Positions 33,692 to 34,370 of a stretch of 34,370 nt of DNA are shown in pieces (the first letter of the stretch is position 1; every line of letters begins with the position of its first letter). The translations under genes were made by a program, and so were the position numbers. This DNA is from Candidatus Curtissbacteria bacterium RIFCSPHIGHO2_12_FULL_41_17. Its GTDB lineage: Bacteria > Patescibacteriota > Microgenomatia > Curtissbacterales > GWA2-41-24. The stretch covers positions 1-34,370 of the forward strand of contig MFBL01000058.1 in assembly GCA_001774945.1 (NCBI GenBank), in the 5' to 3' direction. Under the pieces are notes generated by a model. It saw only the letters and a list, made by a program, of their open reading frames with translations. It made no database searches and had not been told where the DNA came from.

Positions 33692-34348
33692 TTAACATTT
33701 TGATCCGGCTTCCTCTTTGGTTAAACCGCAGTGCGGGCATTTGGTAATACCTTTTCCGCTTTCGATTTGGCTGCCGCAACCTGGGCAGTGGAAGTGATTT
33801 TCTGCTCCTTGGCAATCCGGGCAAGTGGAATTTCCGTACTCCGAAACGCTAAAAGGGAGCGAATTTGTATAAGATAAATAATTCGAATTTGAAAAATCCA
33901 GAGTTTGTGGACCACAGCCTCCTGCAACAAAACGAACAGGATGGGTAGAAAATTGCGGTATGACCCAAAAAGCTAGTTCAGAAGGTGTGTATAGACGCCG
34001 TGCAAGATGTTTTCTTGTTTGGGGATTTAGTACAAATTCATCTGCAACATTGAGGATTATCCTGTAGAGATCTTTACTTTCATCATCATCGCCTCTCTTT
34101 AAGACCTCAATATATTTATTTATTAACGGTGTTATCGCCAAAATCAATGTTTGATATTCATCGTAAGGCATCGTATCTTCTTGAGGGTGAAAAAGCTCAA
34201 TTATTTGTTCACGGGGTAAGCCGGTTACAATCGGATGGGAAAGGAAGAAAGCGTCGTTAAGTTTTTCTCCGTTTGGTTGTTCTAGACCTAAAATTTTTGC
34301 AGCTTCGCCAAAATCCTCAAGAGTCGATGAGGAAGTATATCTGGACAT
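33692..34348 (-). CDS. Hypothetical protein with C-terminal zinc ribbon(s)
   Basis: CPDC, HFHCPGC and CPHC motifs. Confidence 0.65.
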   Translation of the reverse strand: MSRYTSSSTLEDFGEAAKILGLEQPNGEKLNDAFFLSHPIVTGLPREQIIELFHPQEDTMPYDEYQTLILAITPLINKYIEVLKRGDDDESKDLYRIILNVADEFVLNPQTRKHLARRLYTPSELAFWVIPQFSTHPVRFVAGGCGPQTLDFSNSNYLSYTNSLPFSVSEYGNSTCPDCQGAENHFHCPGCGSQIESGKGITKCPHCGLTKEEAGSKC

Positions 34349-34370
34349 TTTGACCTTATCCGGTTCTATT

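Noticed and set aside
791-33930. Numerous 60-150 aa antisense or alternate-frame ORFs (e.g. 791-1009, 2037-2324, 10376-10786, 14517-14903, 25565-26011, 27518-27967, 32689-33072)
   Set aside because: They are shadows of well-supported genes or translations of repeats, with no recognisable motifs.
1-34370. tRNA, rRNA or recoded (TGA=Gly) genes
   Set aside because: No cloverleaf or rRNA-like segment was recognised by eye; TGA terminates dnaN and other genes at expected positions.

Overview
Chromosomal origin region of a reduced-genome bacterium with standard code 11; the gene content looks like Patescibacteria/CPR, probably Microgenomates-like (inference). Left to right: the 3' part of valS, a TPR gene, rplY, then a minus-strand run rpmH-rnpA-yidD-yidC-jag-O-antigen ligase-flippase-RNase H-Wzz-like-SDR/DUF4012. 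Next come oriC with dnaA-dnaN-[four-helix-bundle gene]-dciA, a Gram-positive-type T4SS-like cluster (VirB6-like, PrgI, TraC-like, VirB4, Gly-zipper/M23 peptidase) interrupted by an ATPase-wHTH regulator, a second four-helix-bundle gene and a 1.3-kaa orphan, and finally a vapBC pair. The most striking unexplained layer is small structured DNA. Both four-helix-bundle (IVP/Avd-like) genes are bracketed by inverted arrays of short repeats. An 'empty' copy of the second cassette's two arms, lacking the gene, lies about 6 kb away at 20277-20380. Arrays of about five 7-8 nt units recur in intergenic regions and in frame inside valS, a regulator and a signal peptide. Several REP-like hairpin families, some nested, and a covarying five-hairpin array inside a CDS are also present. 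Together these suggest an undescribed repeat/four-helix-bundle mobile or RNA-level system. All calls are by eye, without database searches.
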